A stretch of DNA of 63,722 bases, the filler included, from Collodictyon triciliatum (taxonomy: Eukaryota): the NCBI GenBank assembly GCA_043381765.1. It is 32 parts of 32 records of this genome, joined end to end, with 100 filler letters (N's around TTAATTAATTAA, not from the genome) between each part and the next. Parts side by side here need not be neighbours in the genome. Positions count along the whole stretch, not along the records: positions 1 to 1,847 come from JBHJMP010010074.1; positions 1,948 to 3,793 come from JBHJMP010010075.1; positions 3,894 to 5,739 come from JBHJMP010010076.1; positions 5,840 to 7,685 come from JBHJMP010010077.1; positions 7,786 to 9,630 come from JBHJMP010010078.1; positions 9,731 to 11,575 come from JBHJMP010010079.1; positions 11,676 to 13,518 come from JBHJMP010010080.1; 25 more parts are not named here. One strand, written 5' to 3'. Within the stretch, counting starts at the first letter, position 1. Every line of letters begins with the position of its first letter. The position numbers were made by a program, and so were the translations under genes. Under the pieces are notes generated by a model. It saw only the letters and a program-made list of their open reading frames with translations. It ran no database searches and was not told the origin of the DNA. Of this stretch, positions 1 to 13,618 are shown in pieces.

Positions 1-171
1 TTGTTTGTTTCTTTGTTTGTTTCTTTGTTTGTTTCTTTGTTTGTTTCTTTGTTTGTTTCTTTGTTTGTTTCTTTGTTTGTTTCTTTGTTTGTTTCTTTGT
101 TTGTTTGTTTGATGGTTTTGGAAGAAAAGAATGTAAAATTTTTGAACAGTATCCGTGTATGTAGTCTCAAC

Positions 172-1694
172 CTTCTTGACTTCCGTGGCGGTCCCCTCTC
201 TTTCCGTCTTTCTTGAAGGCATATGAGACCTTAATAACCTTTCCGGCGAAATGCTGGTTATCCATCTGGCTGATAGCCAGGTCAGATGCTTGAAACGTCT
301 CATACGAGACAAAGCCAAAGCCCTTGGATGTTCCTGTTTCTGGGTCGTACATTATCTAAATGGTGTGTAAAGAGTTGGTGCGATGCATCATAGAGAAAAG
401 GGTTTATTCAGCTGCACAAACATATATGTAAAATGATACTATAGTAATTTACACCATAAGTAACGGATGTGCATAAAACATAAATATGCCCGAATAACTA
501 TAACATCTATTTGGTTATGAACTTTCTATAATGAAACTTATATATAATCTATCTTTATGCGATGAAAATGAGAGATAGTTACCTTTGGAGTTGTAGCGAG
601 TGTACCAAAGGCACTAAATGTGTCAGAAAGCATCTTCTCGTCAACTTCAGAGGCCAATCCTCCGATAAAGAGGACAGCACGCGGATCTTCACGCTTATCT
701 TTCGAAGATTGGAACTAATTGTAGTTTGAGTGTGCGTGACATAAGTTCAAATTTTGCATTTATATGTTTCTTCTGAATTTCCCTCTAGGATTTCAGTTAA
801 CCTTCTTTAATTGAAAAAAAAAATAAGGAGATTAAGGAATAGATATACATGCATGTGTATTTTTGTGAGGTAAGATTTCTTGCAATATCATATGTATTAT
901 TAAAAGAAAAGTAGTAAAAAAAAAAAAAAAAAGCCATCGATTAGCGCCATACCTTATTAACCTTCAATGGGCGATTGTAGATACGAATCATACGCATAAT
1001 ATTTATAGCATATTCTGCATCTTCTTCTGTTTTGAACTCAACAAACTATGATTTTGATATGTATATTGTTCAACCATAATCGAGAGAAGAATTAAATTGA
1101 AAATATAATTCCATGAAAGATGTCAAGTTTGCCTCTAGAAGATCATAGTATTAACTAAATATAATATGGGACGCTTAAACAAAAATGTCACCATTGAAAT
1201 TATTTGCCATAAGGCAGAGGATAAATCGACATTATAATGTGATAATCTCTGCTACCAAGAGAAACTCACCCCATAACCAGAATGAAGCTGTGATAACTTA
1301 TCTCTTGGGATGTGGACGCTCACTAGATTGGTTTTGTGAGAATAAATTTACTCAACTGTTTATGAATACGTGAATACACACCAGTACATCCTTGGGTTAA
1401 AATATGTTTTAAACGAATACAACTTTGTTGTCTTTGTTTTCTTATCCATATATATGTATTTGTCTTATGTTTTGCTGACTGTAATCTAATCTCTATATAT
1501 GGTTTATCACCTATGTTTTGTTATCTATGTTCTCAAAAAAAAAAAAAAGGCGTGTCTTAAGTAAGATAAAGCAGACCAACTGGGCCGGCCTGAAGCATGA
1601 GCTCCCATAAGAGAGACTCGTCCACCTGAGGGTCCAAATCACCACACCAGATTGTGGCTTCCGGGTTACGTTGATCAGGAAGTGGAGTGGCCAT
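172..1694 (-). CDS. SF3B4: Splicing factor 3B subunit 4 (SAP49/Hsh49), two RRMs, 5 exons visible, 3' end off-fragment
   Basis: GT-AG spliced exons read [39 protein letters not shown] / [18 protein letters not shown] / [31 protein letters not shown] / ...[23 protein letters not shown]... / [59 protein letters not shown]. These are diagnostic SF3B4 motifs. Confidence 0.95.
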
Positions 1695-1847
1695 CGTCCT
1701 TGCCTTTTACTCGCCGATCTTGAAGGTTTAGTGGCTCGCTGAGTTGTTTTTCTCTTTTTCTTTTTTCTTTTTTCTTTTTTCTTTTTTCTTTTTTCTTTTT
1801 TCTTTTTTCTTTTTTCTTTTTTCTTTTTTCTTTTTTCTTTTTTCTTT

Positions 1848-1947
1848 NNNNNNNNNNNNNNNNNNNNNNNNNNNNNNNNNNNNNNNNNNNNTTAATTAAT
1901 TAANNNNNNNNNNNNNNNNNNNNNNNNNNNNNNNNNNNNNNNNNNNN
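1848..1947. other. Artificial contig-joining linker (N44-TTAATTAATTAA-N44); the same linker recurs 31 times, about every 1.94 kb
   Basis: Identical 100-nt spacer at 1848, 3794, 5740, 7686, 9631, 11576, 13519, 15462, 17403, 19346 and onward. It has stop codons in all six frames and explains the XXX/LIN tails in the ORF track. Composition and gene content change abruptly across each linker. Confidence 0.99.
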
Positions 1948-2837
1948 AAATTACACGGCCAAAACATCGATGGCGGCCACGGCAACCACACCACCTAGAC
2001 ACTGAAGACAAAACTGTTGGATAAAATAATAGTCATAATGAAGGAAAAATGTAAAGAATATATAATAAAAGAAAAGAAAAAGAAAAAGAAGCAAAAGAAA
2101 AAGAAATGAACAAACAAAGAGAGGGAAGGAAAAATAGATAGGACAAGGGACTCTATAATTTTTTCTTTTTCAACGCAACTTTTGTCTTTCCTTATCCTTC
2201 ATACAACCCAACCGCCAACCAACCTCAACTGACTTACTCTTCCTTCCCTGCTCCCATCGCAGCTGTCCCCTCTGTTCGATTCCACAAATCCATTATTTTC
2301 GTGTGTACCAAAGAGAAGTATCCTGTCACAACCAGCTTTTGTCTCTATGGTGCTTTCTTGTTGAGTGCGAAAAAAAACTATATGTCTCATCCTGTCACCC
2401 ATCCATTTATTATTGTTTTTTTTTTCCACCGCTCTACTCAACTCGACCGAGGCCGCTTGAGCCTGCTTTACAATCCCTTTCTTTCTCCCTTTTTCTCCCT
2501 TTTTCAAGTGGTGGTTCTCACAAAATATGACTGAAGTCAAGCACAAAGAAAAAAAGGTAGACAAAAAAGAAGAAAAAAGAGAAGGCAACAAGAACAAATC
2601 ATAAACACAAGTCAAGAGCCCTTCCAGACAAAGTGGCACCCCGCTAGCCTTAAGCAAAATAATAAGAGGGCTCTGTGCTTTACCATCCTCTTATCTCCAA
2701 GGAACGCAGTGGGAACTGGCGCGATCCTTTCACCAACGATCTGAGCGCATGATTTTTCAATCCAATATATTAACTCTGTTTTATCTGGTGTTCCGGTTCT
2801 TTCTTTCACCTGTCGATAGATCGAGCTTAGCAACTTG

Positions 2838-3793
2838 ATGGAGCGCCCAGACGAGAAGCCGCCCGCGAGTGGAGGAGGAGGCTCACAAAGTCACAACTCG
2901 GATCGGCCAGCCAAAGGATCACAAGCGCCGCCCCTGTCATCATCGCCACCGATAACATTAAAACCGTCTTGGCTGCTTCGGCGCTTGGCCCAAACGTCTG
3001 GCCAGAGCGGGGCGCAGCCGCAGTCTTCTCTTGGTTCGGCCACGGGGACATCACCGACTCCTCCACACTTATCACCAAAGTCTCAGTCCCCTCGCACCCC
3101 GCTATCCCAATCGCCATCACAATCACACTCCCAATCACCGCCATCATCCCCGTCGCCATCGCAATTGAAGATTCAATCGCCATCCCACTCACAATCACCC
3201 TCACAATCACGATCTCAATCAAAATCTCAATCACTCTCACAACCACAATCTCAATCATGGTCTCGGTTACGGTCACAATCACAAGCTTGCCCGCCTGGAC
3301 ATGTAGAATTCGGGGCTTTGCATCATTCATTCTACCCAACATCACAAACAACTCCACTTGAGCCCGATGGCCGTGTCCATTTACAAATCAATCAACATCA
3401 GCACCAGCCTCTTAAACCACACTCAAATCATGGAATACCACCCTTTGATACCGACACACGCAGCCTCCTGATGCCTCCGCCTCAATCGATATTACACGGG
3501 CCCGTGCCTTCTCACCCACCATATCACCAACATCATCCTACATCTCCAAAAAAATCGCAGTTGAACACAAACACAAACATACATCCATTACAATCATTTC
3601 AGAGAAGAAACACAGCTTTTGCTGAACCCCGCGCTAATGAGCAACGCTCTCAGAGGAGTATATCTTATGAATCTCCAGTAAGGCGTGACTCTTCTTGGCT
3701 GGTTCCCACTGAATCCCGCGCCCACATATCCTCTCCAAAAGATATGGTTAATCCGAAGCGGAAAACATGGGCTCACTTTGGAGATGATTATTT
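2838..3793 (+). CDS. N-terminal Ser/Pro/Gln/His-rich disordered region of an unidentified protein (partial)
   Basis: Open frame of about 320 codons from ATG running off the fragment, with SQSP/SQSH micro-repeats and no recognisable domain. Confidence 0.55.
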
Positions 3794-5907
3794 NNNNNNN
3801 NNNNNNNNNNNNNNNNNNNNNNNNNNNNNNNNNNNNNTTAATTAATTAANNNNNNNNNNNNNNNNNNNNNNNNNNNNNNNNNNNNNNNNNNNNACAGGCC
3901 AAACCGCAGGATGCAATTCCTGATTACCGACTACTTCTCCGCCACCCGGCCAACAAGTAGCGTCCATGTAAACGATGGCTAGCGAACCAAAGCCAACACC
4001 CCCCCTCGGTCCTGCACAAAAGTTGAAAGGAAGAATAAAAAAAAAAATAAATCCCTGCTGAAAAATTATAAAAAATAGATTTTTGCCTATAATAATGCGC
4101 ATATTTAAATAATAAAATTTACTAACTCTAGTCTTTTTATTTTTAATATAATTTTTCAAACAATCAGATTTGTCAAAACGGTTTGTAAGTAACTTATACT
4201 CGATTAAATGAAAGAAGAAATCTTATTTACTTAAATTACCTAATGATAATCATAGAAAAAGTGTTTATACTTTCTTTAGAACATAAATTTAGATATATTC
4301 TATTTCGAATTAAAAATAATGATTTAATATAATTAAGTAGATTTTCTTTCAGTCTAATGTATTATTGATTCTTTCATATATACTAACTCATCAAGTACAA
4401 TCATCTATAAACAGAATAGGGCCCAGGCGATGAATTAAAAATCCTAATATTCTGTAGAATTTTATTGACGACTGATTGATATAGTGGAAGATGTTGTGTG
4501 AGTATTTGATATCATTTCTAATAGGTTTAATGACTCTCAACCCATTTCAGTTTTATTATGCATTTATTTATCTGATTAATATAAATTATTATCAAATTCT
4601 CCTCAGTGATACTCCAAAAAAGTGGTTTATAATCAACCTCTCTTTAAATGACGTATTTTTCACAGTAACCTTATTAAAATTTTTCATTGAACTAAAACCA
4701 GCTATACTAATCAAGACCAAATCTTAATTATAAAATAGTATTTATTTTTTTTTGACTTTTAATCTTGATTTTTGTTTTATAAAAATTATATTCTATTGAG
4801 AATTTCTAAACTGCGTGAAATAAAATTTTGTTTGGAAATCTGTAAATAATAAATCTTTCATACTAAAATGATACTAAAATGACACTAAAATTGTGATATA
4901 AAATAGTTATTAATGAATCAAAAGACAGAAAAGTTTGAATATTAATTTATTTACAAGCACAATTATTTCATTTATTATTCAAAATTTAGTCATTCAAGTG
5001 TTTTACATGCGCATCAATACAGATATAATGGATATTACTGGTTGAAAATTGAAAATTTAGTTGAAAATTGATTAATAGTATAGAAATTAATTTGTAACAT
5101 ATTTAGTAATTGCACTCGGCCATATTTCGACGAAACAGTAATGAAATATACCATATCAAAGATTAATAACATGATAGAATCATCAATATGAAACGACGAT
5201 AGAGTTCATACTGAGTGTATGGAAATGCATGTGATGAATGAAATTCATAGATCATTATTCAAATCTAATGGAATGTACGAAATTTTTTTGGATATATTAA
5301 AAAAGTATTTATTTATATATTTGTGTGATGTTTTCAAAAAATAAAAAGAGCGTGAACCGTCCACCAATTCCTTGGCTAGTCAGGCTACGCAAATTACATA
5401 TCAGGTATAGTCCTTTTCATCCCCTCTGATTGATTTGGAATTGGGAGGGGAGGGGTGGGTTTGTTGGATTTGATAAATCGACATCTATATAGGCAAGGGA
5501 GAAAATTGAACTAATTTAGATGATATAAAAACGGTTGATAATTATATAGGTTTCTTTATTGAGCGATAAACCTACAGATCATTTCACTTGGAGAAACGAA
5601 CAAGGTCTAGTAAGGTGAGGGGTATGGGCGTGAAGCTGTGGACAAATGATTGCAGGACGGTCAAGGGGAGGGGTGGTGTATCATTCAGCGGCAAACTGGT
5701 TTTTAGCGGGGATATGGTATGTGTTTTTCGATTTGGATANNNNNNNNNNNNNNNNNNNNNNNNNNNNNNNNNNNNNNNNNNNNTTAATTAATTAANNNNN
5801 NNNNNNNNNNNNNNNNNNNNNNNNNNNNNNNNNNNNNNNAGCTTTTGCCGCGCGTGTGCCTATCCATAGCTCCCTATTGGTGATATTAAGCATTAGAGAG
5901 CGGTGAT

Positions 5908-6870
5908 TTGGAAGGACTTGCGGGATTCGTGCTTGTCTCCAGCTTGAAAGCTAACAAACTTTGGGAGGAGTCCATCCAACTGCACTTACCAGACAGTAAA
6001 GGCCTTTGCCTTATCGCCTTCCGCACTGCGGAAAACGCCCGAAAGCTTCTGGAGCTGAAGCAAGTAAGTTTGAGCGACATTACGATCAGCTTCAGCAGAA
6101 GTAAACCAACAGATACCTCGGTGATGCTCTACCAACTACCGCCGGACGTGTGGCCGCAACTTATTCGTGAGGAGCTGAAGCCGTTCAGACCGACCCACGT
6201 GGATATAAAAAAGGACAAAGGCTTCTTCACAGACACGTCCGTGGTGAAGCTTCTTTGTCACAAGAACCAGCTCCCTGCAAAGTTTACGGTCACGGGAAAA
6301 AGGTGTCCAAAGCGCATCCTCAAAGAGCGTCCGCCGGCCGCGAACAACGAACGACAAGTAAAAGCCCCGCAAAAGAATACACCTACAAAGCAGACAAGCA
6401 ACAACGGGGTTAAGGAAGCCAAGGTCAGGCAACATCAGAGTCCACATGACTCACAGCAGATACGCGCATACAGCGACAGCGACGACGACATGGAAGGAAA
6501 TCTCGGTTCCTCTTCAGAATCCTCGCACTCGAGCCCTCCACTGCCAACGCCGGACAAGCCCGCACATCGCAAGACCCAAGAGCAGCGCATCTCCAAACCC
6601 CGAGAGAAATCCCCTCATAAACTACCCATTCAGACTGACGTGAATATGGTTAGCATAGGAGGCCTCAAGGCAGTCTTCGTTACTTATCCGAAAGGATACG
6701 CCAAAGCAAAGGCAACGCAAGAACAAGCACCAACCAAAGATAGTCCGTTTACCCTGCCCCAGCCCGTCGCACCGAGAACCAAGGAGCAAGAGCAAACAGC
6801 ACAAGTCGAATCCAAGCTGGAACTTCACACACCAAAGACAGTCCGAGCAAGCAGGAGCGTATGGTTCTAA
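5908..6870 (+). mobile_element. Probable non-LTR retrotransposon ORF1 (L1/Tx1-type RRM plus disordered tail), partial/degenerate
   Basis: Intronless, GC-elevated ORF. LIAFRTAENARKLLELKQVSLSDITISFS...TSVMLYQLPPDVWPQLIREELKPF resembles the RRM region of L1/Tx1-clade ORF1p, followed by an S/P/K-rich tail. No ORF2 follows. Confidence 0.5.
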
Positions 6871-7793
6871 AACCACAAACGCGTATCCATACTCCGGTTA
6901 AGCAAAGTCCACTGCCAGCTACGCATGATTCCGAAACCAGAGGAAGGTCAAGCGCCACTTCCAATAATACCAGACAAACAAAGATATATCGCTTTTTGAC
7001 AGAGTTGCCCAGCAAGAATTGCAAGGAAAGTGACCTGTTGTCCTTCAAAAGACTCATCCTGTGGAATGAAATAATATATGTAAATCTTGTCTGAGATAGA
7101 TGGTTGAAAGGACTCGTCGGAGTCGATTTGAGAAGTAACCGCCATGTGCGTACTTTCATCGACCCACAACTTTGTCCGCTCTTCTGTCAGTCTCTAATAC
7201 AACCAGAAATCGTGTTGGAGTTGATTCACCTCAGGTAGAATAGTCTGCGTGTGAGAACACTTTCTCTCCTTTGTGTTTTCTTTTTCTTTCCTTCCAAAAC
7301 ACAAAAACTCCAACCACACAATCCAGGGGTTTTCACTGTCTCGTCCAAAGCTCATTTTTATCCTAGAAGCGAAGGCGGTTTTTTTTGGCATTGTTTCAAT
7401 GAATAATGTAGGAAGCGATTTTTATTTGATTGTATATTGAATAGTATAATAATGATTTCATCAAGGTTATTTTATTCTTTTTTGGTAAGACTCTTTGCAT
7501 CTCCTCATAAAATATAATCACAGTCTCATCCCTGTTTGCTAAAAAGCGAAAATGGCGGATGGATGGTTATTTTAGAGATTGAGGGAGTGAGAGAGTGAGA
7601 GAGTGAGAGAGTGAGAGAGTGAGAGAGTGAGAGAGTGAGAGAGTGAGAGAGTGAGAGAGTGAGAGAGTGAGAGAGTGAGAGAGTGNNNNNNNNNNNNNNN
7701 NNNNNNNNNNNNNNNNNNNNNNNNNNNNNTTAATTAATTAANNNNNNNNNNNNNNNNNNNNNNNNNNNNNNNNNNNNNNNNNNNNATTATTAA

Positions 7794-7827
<34 letters not shown>

Positions 7828-7953
7828 CAATCCAACATAATTGTTTATATAAAAGGAAGTAAATTTGATTAATTAATTATTCAAATGAATTAAAATCCAG
7901 AGAAACCATTTTGATACATCACATTTAAGAGTATGCAATATTAGAATACTCAC

Positions 7954-9307
7954 GCAACTACATAGTTCATAGACTGACAATACCCAACCTCTGGTCTGAT
8001 ACATGCAAATGTACAAAGAACCCGCCTCAATGAATTAATGAAAGTGGCTGTGCTTAGTAATTCATGCCCTGGAAAAGTTCTCTGCAAATCCTTCTCGATT
8101 TGTGCATCGTAAACTTTATTTGAAGCAGGGAGCTTCTCCTAAAATATGATGTTGTAAATACTGTATAGAAGACATATGTGAAAAAAAAAATGAGCATTAT
8201 CTTTTACATTTGCGAACCTCTTACAATTATTTCGTTGTAGTCTATCGAGTACTTCAGTCGATACTCTCGGACTCCAGATAGAATTTGCCAAAGCTGCATG
8301 ATACCAGAGTTTATGTGTTTTAAAAAAATTACAAGATTTGCAGGTATCGTTTTTATCCGACGAACAATATTGGGAGGAAAAAAATATATCTAAAATCGGC
8401 ATCTACTTGTCCTCGGAGTTCTGGAGGAATGCCGTGTCGAACCATGATTTTGACATAGGCATCCTTCCTAACTCGAGTCGCTTTGTAGCCAACATGTTGG
8501 AGATATTGTTGCCATGCAACTCTTTGCTTCTGGATTCTTGGTTTTGATATCTCCTGAGCCTTCTTGAGCAATACCGCATTTATGGAATCCACAGCAAACC
8601 CATAGAAGTCTCGGTTCTGTTCTTCGTCTACAGCTCTGTATTATGAAATATAAAAAAAATATAGATAAAAATTAAAAGAAAATAGTATTTAATATGCAAT
8701 CCATTATGAATCCCATCTTTACATAGAGGATTGATAGCAAATTAATCTTTATTTTTTTTGGCAATATACCCAGCTTATCTTGGTCTCAAAGAACACCTCT
8801 TGCGGGAAAAAATGAGTCCTACCTTGTCATATTTATTGAGTTTTCTTCTTGCTTGTACACAATTTCTGCGATAACCTCATGTCTTGCTCTTTCCTGCCAT
8901 ATTTCAAGTGAAATTATTTTTGTAAGAGACAAAAAAAACTGTAATAGTTGCTAAAATACTGAATTTTCACCACATCAGTCACAAATAAACATTAAAAGAA
9001 GTCTTTAAATTATAAAGGAAAAAAAAAGAAGTCTTTAAATTAATTGCATACTTTAAATATTATCCTGTCACGGTTGCCCAACTCGGTAATTGATTGCACT
9101 GGTGTCCCTGCAGAATATGTCTAATTTTTTTGGATTTTAATATAGCAATGTCATCAATTTTGTTGGTATTATTGCTGTTCTTTGGTCAGAATTTAATATA
9201 ATCCTCTTACTAGATTTGCAATTAATACCAACCCTATCCAATTCAATCTCTTCTTGAATTTCCCCATCGTCATACTGATCATCCGTTGTTGTAGAAAATA
9301 GGGACAT
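7954..9307 (-). CDS. TBC-domain Rab GTPase-activating protein (5' part, multi-exon)
   Basis: Exons encode RDFYGF, KIMVRHGIPPELRGQ, QIEKDLQRTFPGH (IxxDxxRT arginine finger) and LRRVLCTFACIRPEVGYCQSMNYV (GYCQ glutamine finger). Confidence 0.92.
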
Positions 9308-9535
9308 GACTTTCTTTGCAGGGAAAGTCAAAACATCGATCTTTTTGTGAAACAGGATAAAGTAATCGTGTTAAATTCGAGCACTAGTGGTATCCTTTTT
9401 GTCTTTGTGAACACAAAAATAAAGTTCTAAACAAACCACGGCCCATAAATCATCAATAGCGAACATACGGGAAAGAATAGATAAGGAGGGAAGTTTTGTA
9501 TAAGTTCTCACTTAGAAGTAAAGTAAAAGCTAAAA

Positions 9536-9630
<95 letters not shown>

Positions 9631-9730
9631 NNNNNNNNNNNNNNNNNNNNNNNNNNNNNNNNNNNNNNNNNNNNTTAATTAATTAANNNNNNNNNNNNNN
9701 NNNNNNNNNNNNNNNNNNNNNNNNNNNNNN

Positions 9731-9826
<96 letters not shown>

Positions 9827-9863
9827 TCGATTTAAATTTTGCTTCTTTTTTGTTTTTTGACAG

Positions 9864-10520
9864 CTCACCGCGATTATCAGGGCCCTTGAAATTGCGCCAA
9901 AGGATGACCCATTAGAGATAAGAAGCGACTCTGAGTACTCTATCAACGGTATGGCTACCCTTTAGGCTCATACAAATGTGATGAATTGAGTGATAAAAAA
10001 AAACTATACAGTATGATTGAAATACGTTAGTCGATATGTACTGTATGATTGTGAACTATGAATGATTTTGGATAGCCGTCACGAGATGGCTTAAGGCATG
10101 GAAGCAAACTGACCTTGACAAACTGAAAAATATTGACCTTATCCTGCGCATACATTCCCTTATGATGGCTAGAAGTCGAAAGGCCGAAGTCAAACTGGTA
10201 TTCGTCACCATTTATATTATCCTTGACAAACACAGAGCCTGATATTATTTATTACTATCATTATTATCATTATTAGTATCATTATTATTATCATCATTGT
10301 TGTTATTATCATCATCGTTGTTATTATTGTTATTATTGTTATTATTGTTATTATTGTTATTATTGTTATTATATACTTCCATTTATTTTCTTGGTTGGAA
10401 TAGGACTTCAAAAAAAAAAGCTAACATCTACTTCGATAGACACACGTGAAAGGTCACAGTGGAGAGGAAGGGAACGAAGCGGCTGACAAGCTCGCTGTAG
10501 CCGGGGCGAGCTTACCATGA
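9864..10520 (+). CDS. RNH1: Ribonuclease H1, C-terminal three exons
   Basis: LTAIIRALEIAPKDDPLEIRSDSEYSIN / VTRWLKAWKQTDLDKLKNIDLILRIH... / THVKGHSGEEGNEAADKLAVAGASLP*. Catalytic DS and HxG...NExAD motifs are present. Introns are GT-AG, with a GCTAAC branch point before the last exon. Confidence 0.93.
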
Positions 10521-11481
10521 TATGCAGCACGTTTGATACCTATCGAAAATAGCAAGAAATATTTTCAAAGCATCATCATTATAAAATAAGATACACGAGC
10601 AATAGTTCTTCAGTTTGAGCGCCCTATAAACTAAAAGCATAGCCCAGCCAATAATCCAATTTTTTTTACAGTCATTATCACGCTTCTTTTATTGTTTTTC
10701 TTTCTTTTTTTTTTTTACATAAAAGAACGGCATGTGATGTCTCAAATCCTGAATTCCTATGCGGTTGAGGCCATATAGTACCTTCTATTCGACAAATGTA
10801 ATGGAGTGTACGATTTCCAGGTCTCGCGCGTTGTAGGAAGAAGAGGAAAACAATGGCGCTAGAGAATGTGCGTATATGATTACCAATTAATACAATGGCG
10901 TAGAATAAAGTTAGTGTTCACAAGACGGCAAAAGGAATCAAAATCGTGTCGGAAATGCCCTTACGGTCTTCAGGCATTAACTTCTTACGCCCCGGGTTGG
11001 AAAAAGAAAAGGAAGGGCTGAAATCAAAATCTTCAACAACAAACACAACTCTCCAATCACCATAGCTCAACACCAACCCGATGCTCACTCAAAATTATAT
11101 ACTCATCAATGAACCCTACGATTAATTTTTTTTAAAAAAAAAAAATAATCATAATAATTTAGGGGTTACAATTAGTATTAATGTCTTCACCCTACGCATT
11201 CGCAGATATCCACTCGTATGAGACTAGGTGACATTTTTTTTTTTAATATGCGTGAATATATATCTCGTTGAGTTTGTATTATGTCGCGGGTGTGATTGGT
11301 CAGTACATAGTTACAATTAGGACACCCTTAAGTTTCATTACCATGGCGTGGGAACTCGCACAATTTAACGGTTTATTTATTCCTCTTTTATTTTGTGTTT
11401 TTTGTTTTTTTTATCATTTTTCTTTTACGAACAAAGTGTGAATCTCGCTCGACATCAGAACCTTCCACATCAGCAGGCTTT

Positions 11482-11574
11482 TTATGCATCCAGGAAGTTT
11501 GCCGCCATCAGGAGCTCCAGAGCTATCTCGGGATCCATCTCAAAGTCTGGGAAATCCCCGGAGCTGTTTGTGTA
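11482..11574 (-). CDS. ELOC: Elongin C, C-terminal end
   Basis: [30 protein letters not shown] matches the conserved Elongin C terminus ([15 protein letters not shown]). Confidence 0.93.
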   Translation of the reverse strand, partial: YTNSSGDFPDFEMDPEIALELLMAANFLDA

Positions 11575-11954
11575 GNNNNNNNNNNNNNNNNNNNNNNNNN
11601 NNNNNNNNNNNNNNNNNNNTTAATTAATTAANNNNNNNNNNNNNNNNNNNNNNNNNNNNNNNNNNNNNNNNNNNNACAAAAAACAAAAAACAAAAAACAA
11701 AAAACAAAAAACAAAAAACAAAAAACAAAAAACAAAAAACAAAAAACAAAAAACAAAAAACAAAAATGAGTACCAGAAAATGAAAGCAAAAAAATTCAGT
11801 CATAATCATAATGTAAAATGTACTGGTTCAAATGATTAAAAAATGATTAAATAAATAGTTTGCGACATATATATGGAAGTGTAAGTCCATTCCATGATCC
11901 AAATGGCTTATACCAGAATCATGTATCAAATTTCTGATGGTATAAAAATATCAC

Positions 11955-12999
11955 CTGAAAATTTGTCTCAGAACCGTGATCCCCAACACCTTTTTGTACA
12001 AGTTCGTCCATATAATCGATAAGTCTAAGGCCCCAGGAATTCTTCATCGTTACTTTCTATGCATGATGAAAAGTTAACCCACGCAGCAGAGTATGCACCA
12101 AGATTTATTACAGGTGAATATGTGTTGGAGGGCATTGTCAGTTTTGTAGAATCATGTAAAATATGAGAGCGAAGTCAAAATATATAGAACTCTAGAGGCA
12201 GATATAAATCCTCACATTTTCTGCACAAAGCTTCATGCAGTTTGAATACAAATCCGTTAATTGTGCATTTGAGAGTTGAATTGTCTCTGTGTTTTTCCTC
12301 CTAAATAAATAAAATGTTGTTTTAATATGAATCTTAAAAAAAAATATGAGACACCACGTGGTAAAGTGATGGCATCAAGTGCAGGTATTCGCTTTTTATC
12401 TTTTTCGTCACAAGATGAGTGGAAAATATTATTTCAAATTACTAATGTACTATTGTAATAGTAATAGTAATAGTAATAGTAATAGTAATAGTAATAGTAA
12501 TAAAATAATTAAGACAATAAAATTATTAAAAAAAAAGACAATAAGATTATTAAGTATAAATGTTAATCGTAAAATCTAAAAAGTGAAATGTAATATGTAA
12601 TATGTAATATGTAATATGTAATATGTAATATGTAATATGTCATATGTAAAAAAAAGTAAAATAGTAAAATAGTAAAATAGTAAATAGTAAAAATATAAAA
12701 ATGTGAAAGGTAAAATATATATTTTTTAAAAAATAAAGGGAAGAAAGACTAATTATTTACGCTTCGGCATTTGCTACAGCTTCGTCCACCGTTGTGGAGC
12801 GCGCAAATGCGGCTGATCTTCTTCGAGACTCCTTCTTCTTTGCGATCAAAGTTGCCAGCTTTTCGGCGTGGTCATCATTTTCAGGGACCGAACCAGACGA
12901 CTCAACGCTTGTTCGCCGACTCAGTCCTGGAGACGCGAGAGACGATGTGAGGCTCATTGTGTAGCTCAGCCGCCGCTTGTCGATGCTTTCAGGGAACAT
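11955..12999 (-). CDS. NCAPH: Condensin I kleisin subunit CAP-H / Barren / Brn1, 5' exons
   Basis: Exon 1 contains PENDDHAEK...RRRS. Following exons read LSNAQLTDLYSNCMKLCAEN / KVTMKNSWGLRLIDYMDEL...ETNFQ, the conserved CAP-H N-terminal motif. Confidence 0.9.
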
Positions 13000-13618
13000 G
13001 AGGCAGTGCTTCCGGGGCTGTGATCTTTGCTGGCTGAGGGAGACTTCCTGTTATGTTGAAGCTGATGAAAACCTGAGTCTTGAATCCGACGAAAAAAGGG
13101 ACGAAAAAAGCTGCGTTTTTTTTCAAGAGATGTGATTTTTTTTTCTCCTCCTTTTTCGATTCAAGGGAAGGGTTAGTGTTCGAATATTGATTAATTATTT
13201 AGTGATTCATCTGGAGATTTATATTTAATATCGTTCTTTCGTTCTTTCTTTTACAGTCCAATGCAGTCCTTATGCTTTCGATTTTTGTTAAGATATTTCA
13301 CTTCAGCCCTCTGTTTCAACTACTTTTAATCTTACATGCATCACCTTAAAGGGAAGGGTGCATTCTCGAATACTTCTGTACGCCCAAGTTTGTTTGAACA
13401 GGAATTTTTGTGTGTTTTTATGTGTTTTTTATGTGTTTTTTATGTGTTTTTTATGTGTTTTTTATGTGTTTTTTATGTGTTTTTTATGTGTTTTTTATGT
13501 GTTTTTTATGTGTTTTTTNNNNNNNNNNNNNNNNNNNNNNNNNNNNNNNNNNNNNNNNNNNNTTAATTAATTAANNNNNNNNNNNNNNNNNNNNNNNNNN
13601 NNNNNNNNNNNNNNNNNN

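Noticed and set aside
1848-1947. TTAATTAATTAA as a biological periodic motif, and gene neighbourhoods across it
   Set aside because: It is a synthetic six-frame-stop linker. Adjacency of genes on different fragments carries no biological meaning.
3894-5739. Possible ATPase/helicase micro-exon MIVLDE at about 4388-4404 (minus strand)
   Set aside because: Only six residues, and no neighbouring exons with supporting motifs could be assembled in this AT-rich fragment.
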